From Eledone cirrhosa (lineage: Eukaryota): a stretch of 64,000 nt of DNA. The notes under the pieces were generated by a model. That model did not search any database. It was not told the DNA's origin and worked only from the letters and a program-made list of their open reading frames with translations. Of this stretch, positions 12,880 through 25,190 are shown piece by piece. The position numbers and the translations under genes were made by a program. Location: the NCBI GenBank assembly GCA_964016885.1, contig OZ024742.1, positions 324,074,001-324,138,000 of the forward strand, written 5' to 3'. Within the stretch, counting starts at the first letter, position 1, and each line of letters opens with the position of its first letter.

Positions 12880-15800
12880 TATAATAATGAAATTATTGTG
12901 TAAAGTGCTCAGGTGCACTACAACTCATCAAAGGTGCATGTATAGTACATAGAATAATACACAAATGCCAGGGAAGTGAATAGTGTATGAGTCATGATAT
13001 ACATATGTGTATGTGTATGGAGGGGGAACATTAGCTGTAGTGTTGGCGAATCTCGGAAAGCATGGAGGTCTTAAAGGATGCAGTGTCTCGACAGCTAACA
13101 ACTGATGCAGGGAGTTTGTTCCATGCTTCAGCAACTCTGAGCGTGAAAAAATGTTTCCGAAAGTCATGGGAACTGTACTGTTTTCTAACTTTGTGGGCAT
13201 GCCCACGTGTGTTAGACACATGGAAATCAAAAAGGTACTCAGGGTTGTTGTTGGCAAGATGGTTAACAATTTTGTGGGTGTTTACCAGCCAGGCGTTGGA
13301 GCTTCAATGTATCCATGCCCAGGGAAAAAAGGCGCTCAGAGTATGGTAGATGCCTGATGGAGGGTTTTCGCTTGGTTGCACGTCTCTGAACAGTTTCCAG
13401 GCGGTAAATGTTCTGTGCAAGATAGGGGTTCCAGACTGGTGATGCAAATTCTAAGTGTGGCCGCTCCATAGCCATGTACAGCCTTAAATAGATAGCTGGA
13501 GAGCGGCTGACAAAGCTCTTGCTGTCATTAATATATGCCACAAACAAAAGGGGGCCAAGAACAGATCCCTGTGGTACACCAGATGACATCTCATATTGTA
13601 AGGAATGCTGTCCCAGAACCGTGACTACCTCTCTTTGACTGAGAATGAAGGACTTCAACCAGTTAAAAAGATCATCCCTCACACCCATTGCAGAGAGTTT
13701 AGCCATAAGCCTTTTGTGTGGCACAGAATTGAAAGCTTTCGCAAAGTAATGGTAAACAACATCCACCCATGAGCCGCCATCAGTGATCCGGGTGATGTCT
13801 TCAAGAAACTTGATAAGTTGATCACAGCAGCTGGAGTTGGGGATAAATCCAAATTGAGAGGGCCGGATAAGACTGTGAGAGTTCCAGAAGTTCTAAAGTG
13901 TTTCTCTGAGACAGGATTCCATCAGTTTGGCAATGCAACTAGTAAAACTGACTGGACGATAGTTCACAGGTGAGGTGCGGTCACCCTTTTTGAACAGAGG
14001 AATGACACTGGCAGTTTTCCACTGTTCTGGAGTAGCACCGTTGTTCAGACAGAATTGGAAGAAGCGTGATAACTGGTGCAGAAGGAAGTACCCACCACAT
14101 TTAAGAAGCAGGTACGTAACACCATCAAGACCAGGAGAGGCATGGTTGCGTTTATTTTTTAGGTGACGTCGCAGTATTGCAGGTGTAAATTTCATGGTTG
14201 TAATAGAGTCCAGTGTCATAGGTGGTGGAGATGGTACACTCTGGTCTTCAATAGTGAAAATGCCTGCATAGCATTCAGCAATGAGCTCTGCGCATTCCTT
14301 GGGGTCGTCAGTAACCTGGCTTGTGTGGGGATTGTGAAGAGGACCAACTGGAGAGTGAGGCCTCTGCTTTGAATGAACATACTTCCAGAACACCTTACTG
14401 TTATGCACTGCTCAAATTGAAGCACTGCATTTTTTGTCACCTGTTTGAGGTGGTTGGACGATCTATTTCGCCTCTTCCTATTAATGTCTGATTTGTGCAG
14501 ACTGTACTCACGTTCAGCATTGCGACGTTCTTTTCTGGCAAGACGGACTGCTGCAGTCTCCCAAATTGCACTTTTGGGATTTTTTTTCCGCTTACGTAGT
14601 ACCGATGCTGCACATACTGTCCATATTGAGCTCAGGATGTTCTGGAGTACAGTGTTGACATCTCCAGAGTGGTAGAACTCAAGCCAGTTTGGCCGTTGCA
14701 ACTCGGTGCAGTAACAGTTCCAGTCTGCTTTATTCCAGTCAAAGTGAGCAGTTTGGAGATGTTTGTGGTTCTTGTTACTGCCCATGAGGGATAGATTGGC
14801 AATGATCATAGCATGATCAGAGTCACCTAAAGGTTCCTCAGCAGTAACACTAATGACCATTTCAGGAGTAGTGGTGAAGAGTAGGTCCAAAGTGTTGTCA
14901 CCTCTTGTTGGGGAGGTGACTACTTGGGACCTATTCGAGTCCAGCACTAGCTCAAGGAAGTCATTTGCACTTGGCGGCCAACGAAAGGTTTCCCAGTCAA
15001 TCTCAGGGCGATTGAAGTCTCCTGCAATGAAAACATAAGTGGCTGTTTTCCTGGCAGCAGCTCTGAGGATATCACAAAGTTGAGTGTCCTGATGGTAATT
15101 TGGGGGATGGTAAACGACTCCAGGCAGCAGTATTGACATGGTCATACGTATATCGCGGAAAAAAACTTCCTGCTGTGATTGGTTCAAATCAACACAAGGA
15201 ATTGCCGACAAATTTGACCGAACGTAGACCATTACACCACCACCACCACCACAATTAATGCGGTCTTTACGAAACAGGTTGTAGCCAGTTATGCTGAAAA
15301 CCCCATCACAGAGTAAGGGATGTGCCCAAGTTTCCGCGACTGTAATGAAGTCAGGGTTGATACTTTTGACGTAGGAGGCAAAAAGATCAATCTTATTGCA
15401 TAGACTACGTGCATTCAAGGATAACAATTTGTACCTTGATTCCAGTATATGATTATGTGCAGGGGATGGCAGGTTGTTCTGATTTAGTTTCCCAGAGTTT
15501 TTTCAGTTTCTTTATTGTCAGTTGTTGTGGGTACAGTGTTTTCAGACCAGCTGGTATCTCTTTTCCATGTTTCACCAGTCTTAACAAACTTCCATATCTG
15601 CCCATCATCATGTAGGCTGAAGCTTTCATGTTCTGCCGAGCTGCGGTTTAAGGAAGCTGCAGCACACAACTTTGGGGGGACAGCAGGTGGAAGACCAGGG
15701 CGTGTTCGGAAAGCAATCCAACTTTCACGCCTAGCTTTATCAGAGGCTACAAGGTATGAACGTGCCTCAGTTGAGTTCGAAAACGACAGTCTAATTAGCC

Positions 15801-16030
15801 TGGGTTTCGGGCCTGGTCGGCGAAGAGCACCCTTTGCGGGAGCACAGCCCAAGTCTTTGGATGAACTGGCAGCAAATGCCTGAAGATCAACTATGTCTTC
15901 TGGTACACCAATGGCAATCACTTCGTGGTTTGCAGATTCAGTGGCATTCTCAATGCGTCTAGGTTGAACATGAGGTACGCGGAGATTTTTTAACAAGGCA
16001 CTCCGGTAAGACCCCTCATTGTGGGGTTCT
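12880..16030 (-). mobile_element. CR1-clade LINE, 5'-truncated and frameshifted (ORF1 remnant, APE endonuclease, RT)
   Basis: ORF 14216-15427 has APE motifs (NARSL, VAETW, GDFN, LDLLFT, SDH). RT motifs NYRPVS, AKAFNSVPH, GVPQGSVLGPLLF. CR1 C-terminus TRGH...WNKLP. (ATT)n tail. The YADD segment is deleted. Confidence 0.93.
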
Positions 16031-16484
16031 ACGTATATATATATATATATACTGTAGTAAAAGTTTGGTATAAATATCCAAAGGTAAGAACACTCAGTCC
16101 ATAGGACAAGTTAAGTATAATTAGTTACAACATTGAAGATCTTTATTTTTATAACAGGCTGAATGTATTGGGGTGCATAACCCAACAAAACTTAAGTACC
16201 TGTATATGTCACTGTTGTAACTAATGACATATATATCTTTAGTCTAACCCATGCAAACATGAAAAATGGATGTTAAACAGTGATTATATATGTGTGTGTA
16301 TCTAGTTTAGATTAGGTACACCATATTCCTGCATGTTGTAAGAAATGACTAAAAGGAATGGTGTTAGGAAAGGCATCTGGCTGTAACATATTGCCACATA
16401 AAGTCTTGTCCAATCCATGCTAGTAGGGAAAAGTCGACATTAATCTGTGCTAATAATAAATATTTGTTCTACGGATGGTTATAT

Positions 16485-16571
<87 letters not shown>

Positions 16572-16590
16572 GTGTGTGCTGGGACAGCAA

Positions 16591-17533
16591 GCAGCAAACA
16601 GCCACAGGAAACAACTACCACCAATCTCTGGGAGGGCTCTGTAGAATCAGTAGACAGCTTCTGCTACCTAGGTGACCGAATTAGCAGCGGTGGTGGGTGT
16701 TCAGAAAGTACAATAACTAGGGTAAGAACAGGATGGAAGAAGTTTAGGGAACTACTACCACTGCTAGCTGCAAAAGGCTTCTCCCTCAGAATGAAAGGCA
16801 GACTGAATGATGCGTGTATCCGAACAGCGATGTTGCATGGTAGTGAGACTTGGGCGCTGAAGGTGGAAGACTTACGTAGATTAGAGAGAAACGAAGCCTG
16901 CATGCTCCGATGGATGTGTAATAGTAATATACGCGAACGACAAAGCATAAATGTATTGAGAGAGAGACTGAGCATAAGAGGAATCAAATGCTGTGTGCAG
17001 GAGAGGCGGTTGCGTTGATATGGACATGTGATGCGTATGAAGGATGACAGCTGCATAAAAAGGTGCAGAGCACTAGAAGTCGATGGAAACCGCGGAGTAG
17101 GGAGACCCAAGATGACCTGGGATGAGGTGATAAAAGCCGACCTTACCCAATTACATCTCTCAAAGGCAATGACACACGACCGTGACCTCTGGCGTCACGC
17201 AGTAATACAGAGTACCCGACCTCCCATGGGTACAAGCTGAAGCATATAGACAATATGCCCCCACTGCAAGGTGGTCGTGGCGGTGCCACGACAAAAAAGC
17301 ACCCAGCCCACACTGTAAAGTGGACGTGTAGGCGCCACAAAAAAGCACCCAGCACTCACTGTAAATGAGGTTGGTGTTAGGAAGGGCATCCAGCTGTAGA
17401 AATCAAGCCAAATCAGTTCCTGTATGAGCAAGGCATGGTCAGCCGACCAGACACTGCCCACAACAGGACAACCCGTCTAACCCATGCTAGCGTGGAAGAA
17501 CGGACGTAAAATGGTGATGATGATGATGATGAT
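16591..17533 (+). mobile_element. RTE-derived composite element (RTE ORF 3' part plus SINE-type 3' end)
   Basis: FCYLGD...RVRTGWKKFRELLPLL...MLHGSETW...RRLR.YGHV...GRPKMTW is the RTE C-terminus; then SINE-A-like body and (ATG)n tail. Confidence 0.85.
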
Positions 17534-17879
17534 ATCATCGTCATCATCACTGTTTAACATCCATTTTTCCACATTAGCATCGGTTAGATGAGTTGTCCCA
17601 TTGTGAGACAAGTCAGATCAGATGACTATATCTGGCCAAAACAGAACTGTTTCTGGCCTGGTTTCTTCAGTTGGATGCCAACCACATTTACAGCATGGAC
17701 TGGGTGCTTCTTATCGTGGCACCACAACAACAAACTAACAGGTTGGACAGTACCAAGTTCACGTTGTAAAGTGGTTGTTGATAGCAAGGGCATCTAACCA
17801 TTCAAAGTCTACCAAACAAAGGGTTGGGAGGACCCTTCAGTTGTCTCAAATACATAATATTTCCTGTGCACTCAATTAT

Positions 17880-18300
17880 AACCAGTAAGCCACCACAACC
17901 CAACCTAATCAGATGCTCATGTAGGATCAGAAATGCATGCTCCCCCAAGGGGGCATGTAAGGCAGAGGCGATAGTGTATGAGTCAACAGTGAAATCATCA
18001 AATGCAGACTGCTCTACCAATCTAATGGAATAACAATTTAAAAAACGCTACAACAACCATGCAGGGTCATTTCAGAAACAGGAGAAAAAGTACACAACCA
18101 AGCTCTCCAGCCATGAATGGAACCTGTGAGAGGACTCTACTGATTATAACATCAGCTGGAAGATACCAGATAGATGTAAACCGTATGCCAATGGTTCTAA
18201 GAAATGCACCCTGCAACACCAAGAGATTACTGGACCCAAACTCATACTTCAACTTGAGGAACGAGATATGTAAGCTATGACCACATAACACAAAATATAT
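17880..18300 (+). mobile_element. Penelope-like element GIY-YIG endonuclease remnant (decayed)
   Basis: Broken frames give CSCRIRNACSPKGACKAEAIVYESTV, FKKRYNNHAGSF...TKLSSHEW and CKPYANGSKKC...FNLRNE; this motif order is typical of Penelope-like endonuclease C-termini. Confidence 0.65.
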
Positions 18301-18735
18301 ACTCTGGTTTTGGTCACCAAATATCCTGTCACCACAGATAACATGATACAGGACCACAAGGCAACAATCCTAACCATTTATGTGCATGCATATGTGGACT
18401 TGTGCGCACATGTTGAAACACATACATGTGTATGTGTGAATATATGCATATATGTGTGCATGTGAACGTTTGTGACTGTTCAAAGTGTAGATGCATGCGT
18501 GTGTGAGTATGAGTACATATTTACACATAGCTAAAAGGGATAGTTTTTCAGAGGCACCTTACTGAAGTATCACAGGTGGTCTAACCCATGCTTGCGTGGA
18601 AGATAGACGTTAAACGATGATGATGATGACGATGATGATGATGACCCACTTTCCAATGGCTAACGAATGAAGCAACAATAACATCAGCTTGCTTCAGGAA
18701 ACTCCAAATACCTAGGAAGGTATATATATATATAT

Positions 18736-19073
18736 GGCACATGGCTTAGTGGTTAGAGCATTGGGCTTGCAATCGAAAGGTTGTGAGTTCAATTCTCAGA
18801 CCAGGTGATGTGTTGTTTCCTTGAGCAAGACACTTTATTTCACATTGCTCCAGTTTACTCAGCTGTAGAAATGAGATGATAGGGATGGATGGGGTCCCTA
18901 TCATTCCACTGCAAAGTGGTCATGGAGGTGCCACGGCAAAAAAGCACCCAGCACTCACTGTAAAAATGAGGTTGGTGTTAGGAAGGGCATCCAGCTGTAG
19001 AAATCAAGCCAGAATCAGTTCCCGTCCCACCCTTGCAAGCAGGGAAAAAGCGGACATAAAATGATGATGATGA
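18736..19073 (+). mobile_element. tRNA-derived SINE, family A
   Basis: Same head, body and (ATG)n tail as 7931-8264. Confidence 0.85.
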
Positions 19074-19112
19074 TATACCAGTTTGGCATGTATTTTATAT
19101 AATACAGTGTGT

Positions 19113-20054
19113 ATCATCATCATCACCGTTTACGTCCGTTCTTCCATGCTAGCATGGGTTAGACGGGTTGTCCTGTTGTGGGCAGTGTCCGGTCGGCTGA
19201 CCATGCCTTGCTCATACAGGAACTGATTCTGGCTTGATTTCTACAGCTGGATGCCCTTCCTAACACCAACCGCATTTACCGTGAGTGGTGGGTGCTTTTT
19301 TTCCGTGGCGCCTACACGTCCACTTTACAGTGTGGGCTGGGTGCTTTTTTGCCATGGCACCTTCACGACCACTTTGCAGTGGGAGGGTGTGGGGGCATAT
19401 TGTTTATATGCTTCAGCTTGTACCCATGGGAGGTCGGGTACTCTGTATTACTGCGTGACGCCAGAGGTCACGGTCGTGTGCCATCGCCTATGAGAGGTGT
19501 AATTGGGTAAGGTCGGCTTTTATCACCTCATCCCAGGTCTTCTTGGGTCTCCCCACTCCGCGGTTTCCATCGACTTCTAGTGCTCTGCACCTTTTTATGC
19601 ATCCTTCATACGCATCACATGTCCATATCAACGCAACCGCCTCTCCTGCACACAGCATTTGATTCCTCTTATGCTCAGTCTCTCTCTCAATTCATTTATG
19701 CTTTGCCGGCCGCGTATATTACTATTACACATCCATCGGAGCATGCAGGCTTCGTTTCTTTCTAATCTATGCAAATGTTCCACAGTCAGCGCCCAGGTCT
19801 CACTACCATGTAACACTGCTGTTTGTATACACGCATCATACAGTCTGCCTTTCATTTTGAGGGAAATGCCTTTTGCAGCTAGCAGTGGCAGTAGTTCCCT
19901 GAACTTCTTCCATTCCGTTCTTACCCTATTATTGTACTTTCTGAACACCCACCTCCGCTGCTAATTCGGTCACCTAGGTAGCAGAAGATGTCTACTGTTT
20001 CTACAGAGCCCTCCCAGAGTTTGGTGGTACTTGTTTCCTGTGGCTGTTTGCTGC
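19113..20054 (-). mobile_element. Inverted copy of the RTE-derived composite element
   Basis: Reverse complement of 16591-17533 over its whole length, with the same 5' start gcagcaaacagccacagg. Confidence 0.85.
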
Positions 20055-20058
20055 TACA

Positions 20059-20101
<43 letters not shown>

Positions 20102-20106
20102 AGGGC

Positions 20107-20548
20107 TGTGTGGTTACTAGGAAATATTATTAAAACACATGTGGGAGAAAAGGGAACAGAAAACTCGGAAGACACAAACACAAGGACAATTCTTGCTCAT
20201 CAGCTGTCTTTGTGTTTTTTGTTTTTCTTCATCCAATGTCTGTTGTATTTTCTGTCTGAATAGCTATGTGAGAATAGTATTGATGCACTGTGGTGAATAG
20301 TTCTCTCTTTAAAGCAGTCGAAACTACAATGATCCACAGAAGACAGCCGATGAGTGGCAATTGTCCTTGTGTTTGTGTCTTCTGAGTTTTCTGTTGCCCT
20401 TTCTCCTAAGTGTTATTTTAATAATATTTCCGAGTAACCACATAGTGATAGGCAAAAATGCCTCAGAGGACAGAAACCAGTGGTCAACAGACCTTGTGGA
20501 TTGTCTCCTCGTTGGCCACTGGTCTCTGTCTTCTGAGGCATTTTTGTC
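20107..20548. repeat. Two adjacent fold-backs (20107-20443 and 20451-20548)
   Basis: About 100-bp arms (20107-20210 and 20340-20443), then a hairpin of about 38 bp, ggcaaaaatgcctcagaggacag...ctgtcttctgaggcatttttgtc; preceded by (TA)n. Confidence 0.8.
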
Positions 20549-20962
20549 CATTGCTGTCTTTGACAGCATTTAGCTATTCTAATGGCTGTTCTAGGGATGA
20601 GTTTTCTCATTTTTATATGTATCCAAATACACTCTTGCTTCGTCTCAAATCAAAAACAACATTGTTTTTTCATTTATATATGTGTGTGTGTGTCTAACCA
20701 ATAATTCAAACTTGGAAATGATTGGTTAACTCACACACAGCCTTTTCTTCTACTTATCACACCAATTTCTTCTACGTTGACTATCTTCACTCAAAACCCA
20801 CCCCATATGCTAAATACACATAATACAGCCTGAAGGAATATTCTAAAATCAATATATTAAACTATTAATACTGTATATAGTTCTACTAATTCATAATTTT
20901 ATAATTTTGTAAATTTCAGAAATAAAATTTAAAATAAACCTATATAGAAAAAAGTTACTTAC

Positions 20963-21072
20963 CTAAGATGGACTCCAAGACCACGATGTTTTCCTGAACA
21001 TTCTAAACAAATCCATATACCATAGGATACACTCACCCACTGGGGATTGTGAGTGCCACATTCAAAACAGTT
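20963..21072 (-). CDS. ARFGAP1: ARFGAP1 coding exon 2 (ArfGAP C4 zinc finger)
   Basis: tttcag acceptor; [36 protein letters not shown](S) contains the CX2CX16CX2CX4R ArfGAP motif; GTAAGT donor, phase 2. Confidence 0.96.
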
Positions 21073-23899
21073 CTGAAAAAAATATAAAACTTGGTGAATT
21101 AATTGAAAAATTTGACTTACACCAACACTTACTTATTAACTCTTAACATCCTTAATCATGAAACCATATTAGCAAGACATTCTTGAAGAGTATACAGCAG
21201 GAGTATGACAGTATAACATTGAAAATTACAGTCATTAGTTAACTGCAAATTTTCACAATGATCTGCACGCAAGTAAAATTAGAGACATTTAGATATTTTC
21301 TGCTAAATCATTATAGGATGTTATAATGATATATAATGAAAGTTACATCCAGAATCTAGGAAGAATTGGTGATGATCTGTGTCAGCAGTTAGTTCACAGG
21401 AGTATTTGATAAGTAATCAGCATAGAAACCATGCCAAAAATAAAATGAGTGGATGAACTCTGGTCCTCCAATCCACCTAGCTTCAGACTGTGATGACCCA
21501 ACCAATCTATGCTAGCAGGGAAACATATAAAATGAATAAAATGATGAATGAATGAATGAATGAATAATTGTTCCTACTTTAGGCACAAGGCCAGCAATTT
21601 GAAAGGGAAGGCAAAGTCGATTAAATTAACCCCAGTGCATTACTGGTGCTTTATTTTATCGACTCTGTAATGACAGAAGGCAAAACTAACCTCAACGGGA
21701 TTTGAACTCAGTACGTAAAGGGCCGTAACTATGCTGTGAAGCATGTTGTCTGATGCTCTACTGATACTGCCAATCCAATGAATAATAAATAATCCTAAGC
21801 AGCAACACTACTTTTCCTCACTCCCAGTCAAAGGACAACAGCTCAAAACATTCAGAAACTGAACTTCTAATTACAAGTAAGAGGCAGAGAGTAAATTTCG
21901 AAAGTACTATTTTGGTCTATCTGCTAATGGCTATAAAGATACTGTGTATATCCAGTTTAGAATAAGCACAATGTATCCCTGCATATCATAAGTAACTAAA
22001 GGGTTGGCACCAGGAAGAGTATTTGTCCATAAAACAAGCTTCAAAAAGGACCCTATGGTGAGCATGAAACTTTTCATGGGGCCCTGCACATCTAGCCCCT
22101 ACTTTAGCAGGTAAAATGGCCTGAAAATACTTGCTGTTGTTGCTCCTAATGGCTATAAAGTTCCCTCTGTAGCCAGAATCTAAAGAGGGAGAGGGTGTCT
22201 TTTATGAAGGGATACAATCTAGAGAAAAAAAACACAAAAAAAAACACGTAAAGACAATCTCTTACGTTTTTCTGTGTACAGAAGGGATAACAGAAAGTGT
22301 ATTTACACTTCTTTATTTTCACAGCAAGGCATATCATTTAAAAGCTAATTATAGCTTCATTAAATTTATCTTAGATATTGCAATACAAGTAGTGTCTTAC
22401 ATAAATATTCATTATATATTGTATAAATCAAAATAACATGGTAGCCACCATAATCTATGTCCAGAAATGAGAATGTAAAAATTGAAATAGTGACATAGCA
22501 AAAAACACAGGTCATTGTCATTTTTATTTAATGCTCATAGCATTTATCAATAGATATGACTGGTGGGATGTTGTGTGGAGAGAGGAAGAAAGATACTACT
22601 AATACTACAAATAACAATAATAATGATGATACAAAGTAAACAAAATATAACTAAGTTATCTATTATTGCCAGTAGAACAGATATTGTTTAGTGTTCAGCT
22701 CTAGTAGAGATCAAACTCTGAATTTTCATTTGTTGATTCAATCTTCAATATATCTAATCAGATAATGTATGTACGTGTGTGTATGTACGTACGTACATAC
22801 ACATATATGTATGTATGCATGTACATACATAGCAAGGAAAGCAGACATTAAATGATGATAATGATGATATATATCATAATTTAATGTCTATTCTTTTAGT
22901 CTTTTACTGGTTTCAGTCACTGGTCTGAAGCCATGCTGAGGCATTGCCTTGAAGAATTTTACTCAATAACCCCAATACTTATATTTTAGTCTGGTGCATA
23001 TTTTATCAATTTTTATTTGTTGAACCATTAAGTTACAGAACAACAAATAGCAACATAAGCACACACATACACATATAAAATGGACATTAAATGATAATTA
23101 TATATATGTAAATATATTATTGAGTAAAATGAGAGAAGGCCTCCTGTCATTTTACTCAATAACAGTTAACTCCGTTCCAGCAACACCAACAGGATTCACC
23201 ATCAAGGATGGATGAGTTGCATAATGTTGAGTGCTTTTCCTACTATTACATCATGGTTAACTATGTGGAATGACCAGTTCTATCCAGTGGTGAACCACCA
23301 AACTTAGATGAATATATATACCTGATGAGCTATCATGCAGTTTTCACTCATAAGGCATTGATAAACCTGAAGATATAGCAGAAGATAGTTCTTGCCTAGG
23401 GTGTCATACAGTGGGACTGAATCCAAGATCATGTGGTTATGAAGCAGCCTTCTTAATCATACAGACATGCAGGCACCTAACTTCTTAACCATACAGCCAT
23501 ACCTGTGCCAAGTGGTTAGGATGTTGGACTCTTGATCATAAGGTAGTGGGTCTGATTCCTTAACTCAGTGGCATGTGATGATACTTCATTTCATGCTGCT
23601 TTTCATGACATGACAGAGACCTTATTATTGAAGCACCCAAAAGGCCTCCTATGAGATGCCAGCTAGACCTACATAGGTGTGAGTTGTACATTTCAATGTT
23701 CTTCTTTTCATATATAACAATAAGAATTTTATATCACAGCATGATGATGTATTGTGCTTTTAATGTCCAATGAATATTATTTTACAGTTTAGTTAAGGAT
23801 GAAAGTGTAGAGACCATGACCCTTTTCTTAAACTGGTGGTATCCTCAAACTAAAGACCTGACTCGATTGCTTGCAACAGAGCGGACTCTGCTTAAAAGT

Positions 23900-24220
23900 A
23901 CCCATCAGCCAGGTAGTCTTACACTGAGCAATAGATTATGTTTACCACCTGAATAAGTGAAAGTGGGATTTAAACTTAGAAAACAAAAACCTGGAACAAA
24001 TACTGCAAGGCACTTTCTCTGACACACAGACAATTCTGACAATCTGCACTGTTCTTCAGCTAGTTTGGACTCGACAATCTCCCTACATCTCTTTGCTAGA
24101 CACTTAGCATAGACTTTATATACATGGGTTGCATAAATATGGGTTTTAAGCCCTGCTAAGAACTTTGATACCTTTCTGCATATACTGTAGTGAAAGAAAA
24201 AAGTTGTTTCGGTCAAGTGT
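23900..24220 (-). mobile_element. Decayed RTE-like RT fragment
   Basis: KVYAKCLAKRCREIVESKLAEEQC resembles the pre-RT 'EEQCGFR' region. Confidence 0.45.
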
Positions 24221-24339
24221 TGCCTGTGTTTGGAGCATGTTTAAGTGAGGAAAGACTATGCACTAGACCAATCCCACTCTCTGAACAATGGTGACAGGTA
24301 TTCAAAAAGAAGAACAGGTCAACATCATTTTGCAGGTTT

Positions 24340-25190
24340 TATATTAGTTTTCCTTGTCCTAGATCTCCATTGCACTTCGACTAGGAGCTGATGCCTGTGT
24401 GGGACTGAGATGTTGTGGCAGCTCTCTTGACTCCACAGGCCTACATCGTTTGTCCTGTTGCCTGAATGCTGGTCGGTTTGCCCATCACACCGAGCTAAAC
24501 CTGATTATTAAATGGGCTCTGGCTCGGGTAAATAACATTACTCAGTTCTGGAGCTCGCTGGATTATCCATTAGTGATGGGAAGAGACAAGATGGCCTTAC
24601 CCTTTGTCTCTAGGTAAAAGGTAGGTGTTTCATCTTTTGCTCCCTCTCACATTATGGACACCGCAGTAAAGGGGAGTCACTCTTTCGTTGCTGAATGAAA
24701 TAAAATTTGGAAATACCTGGATTTATCTAATGATTATTTTTTCCAGCCTGTGGTGTTTGAGACGTTTAGTGGAGTTGGACCGGTAACAGTGAAGTTCTTG
24801 TCAGTCATCACTTTACTGAGGTGTCTGGTGATGCCCATTGTGTGCCTGGTTGTTTCAGTGTCTTAGCCTCGCTATCATCCATGGTAATGTTGCAAGCATG
24901 TTGGCTTGCCTTAAAGTATTCCATTGATCTTTATGATGTGTGGCTGATTGTCACACTTGGTGGTGAATTGATGGTCATTTTCGTTTTTGCCCACCCCCGC
25001 CTTTTCCTTTTTCCTTCTCTTTTATGAGTTTATATTTGTGTTTATCAACAACATTACATTTGTGACATTATTCTGAAAGAATTGTGAGCAATTTGTGATA
25101 TTATTTATGCATTTGTAATGTTATTTATGCAACTATGAATAAAGTTCATGAACAGCCACCAAAAAGCAAAAAAACAAAAACAAAACAAAC
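24340..25190 (+). mobile_element. Decayed non-LTR element 3' end with restriction-like endonuclease (CRE-like)
   Basis: CCGSSLDSTGLHRLSC...GRFAHHTELN; DGKRQDGLT (cf. RPDG); FQPVVFETFSGVGP; QCLSLAIIHGNVASM; AATAAA and an A-rich tail near 25140-25200. Confidence 0.6.
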
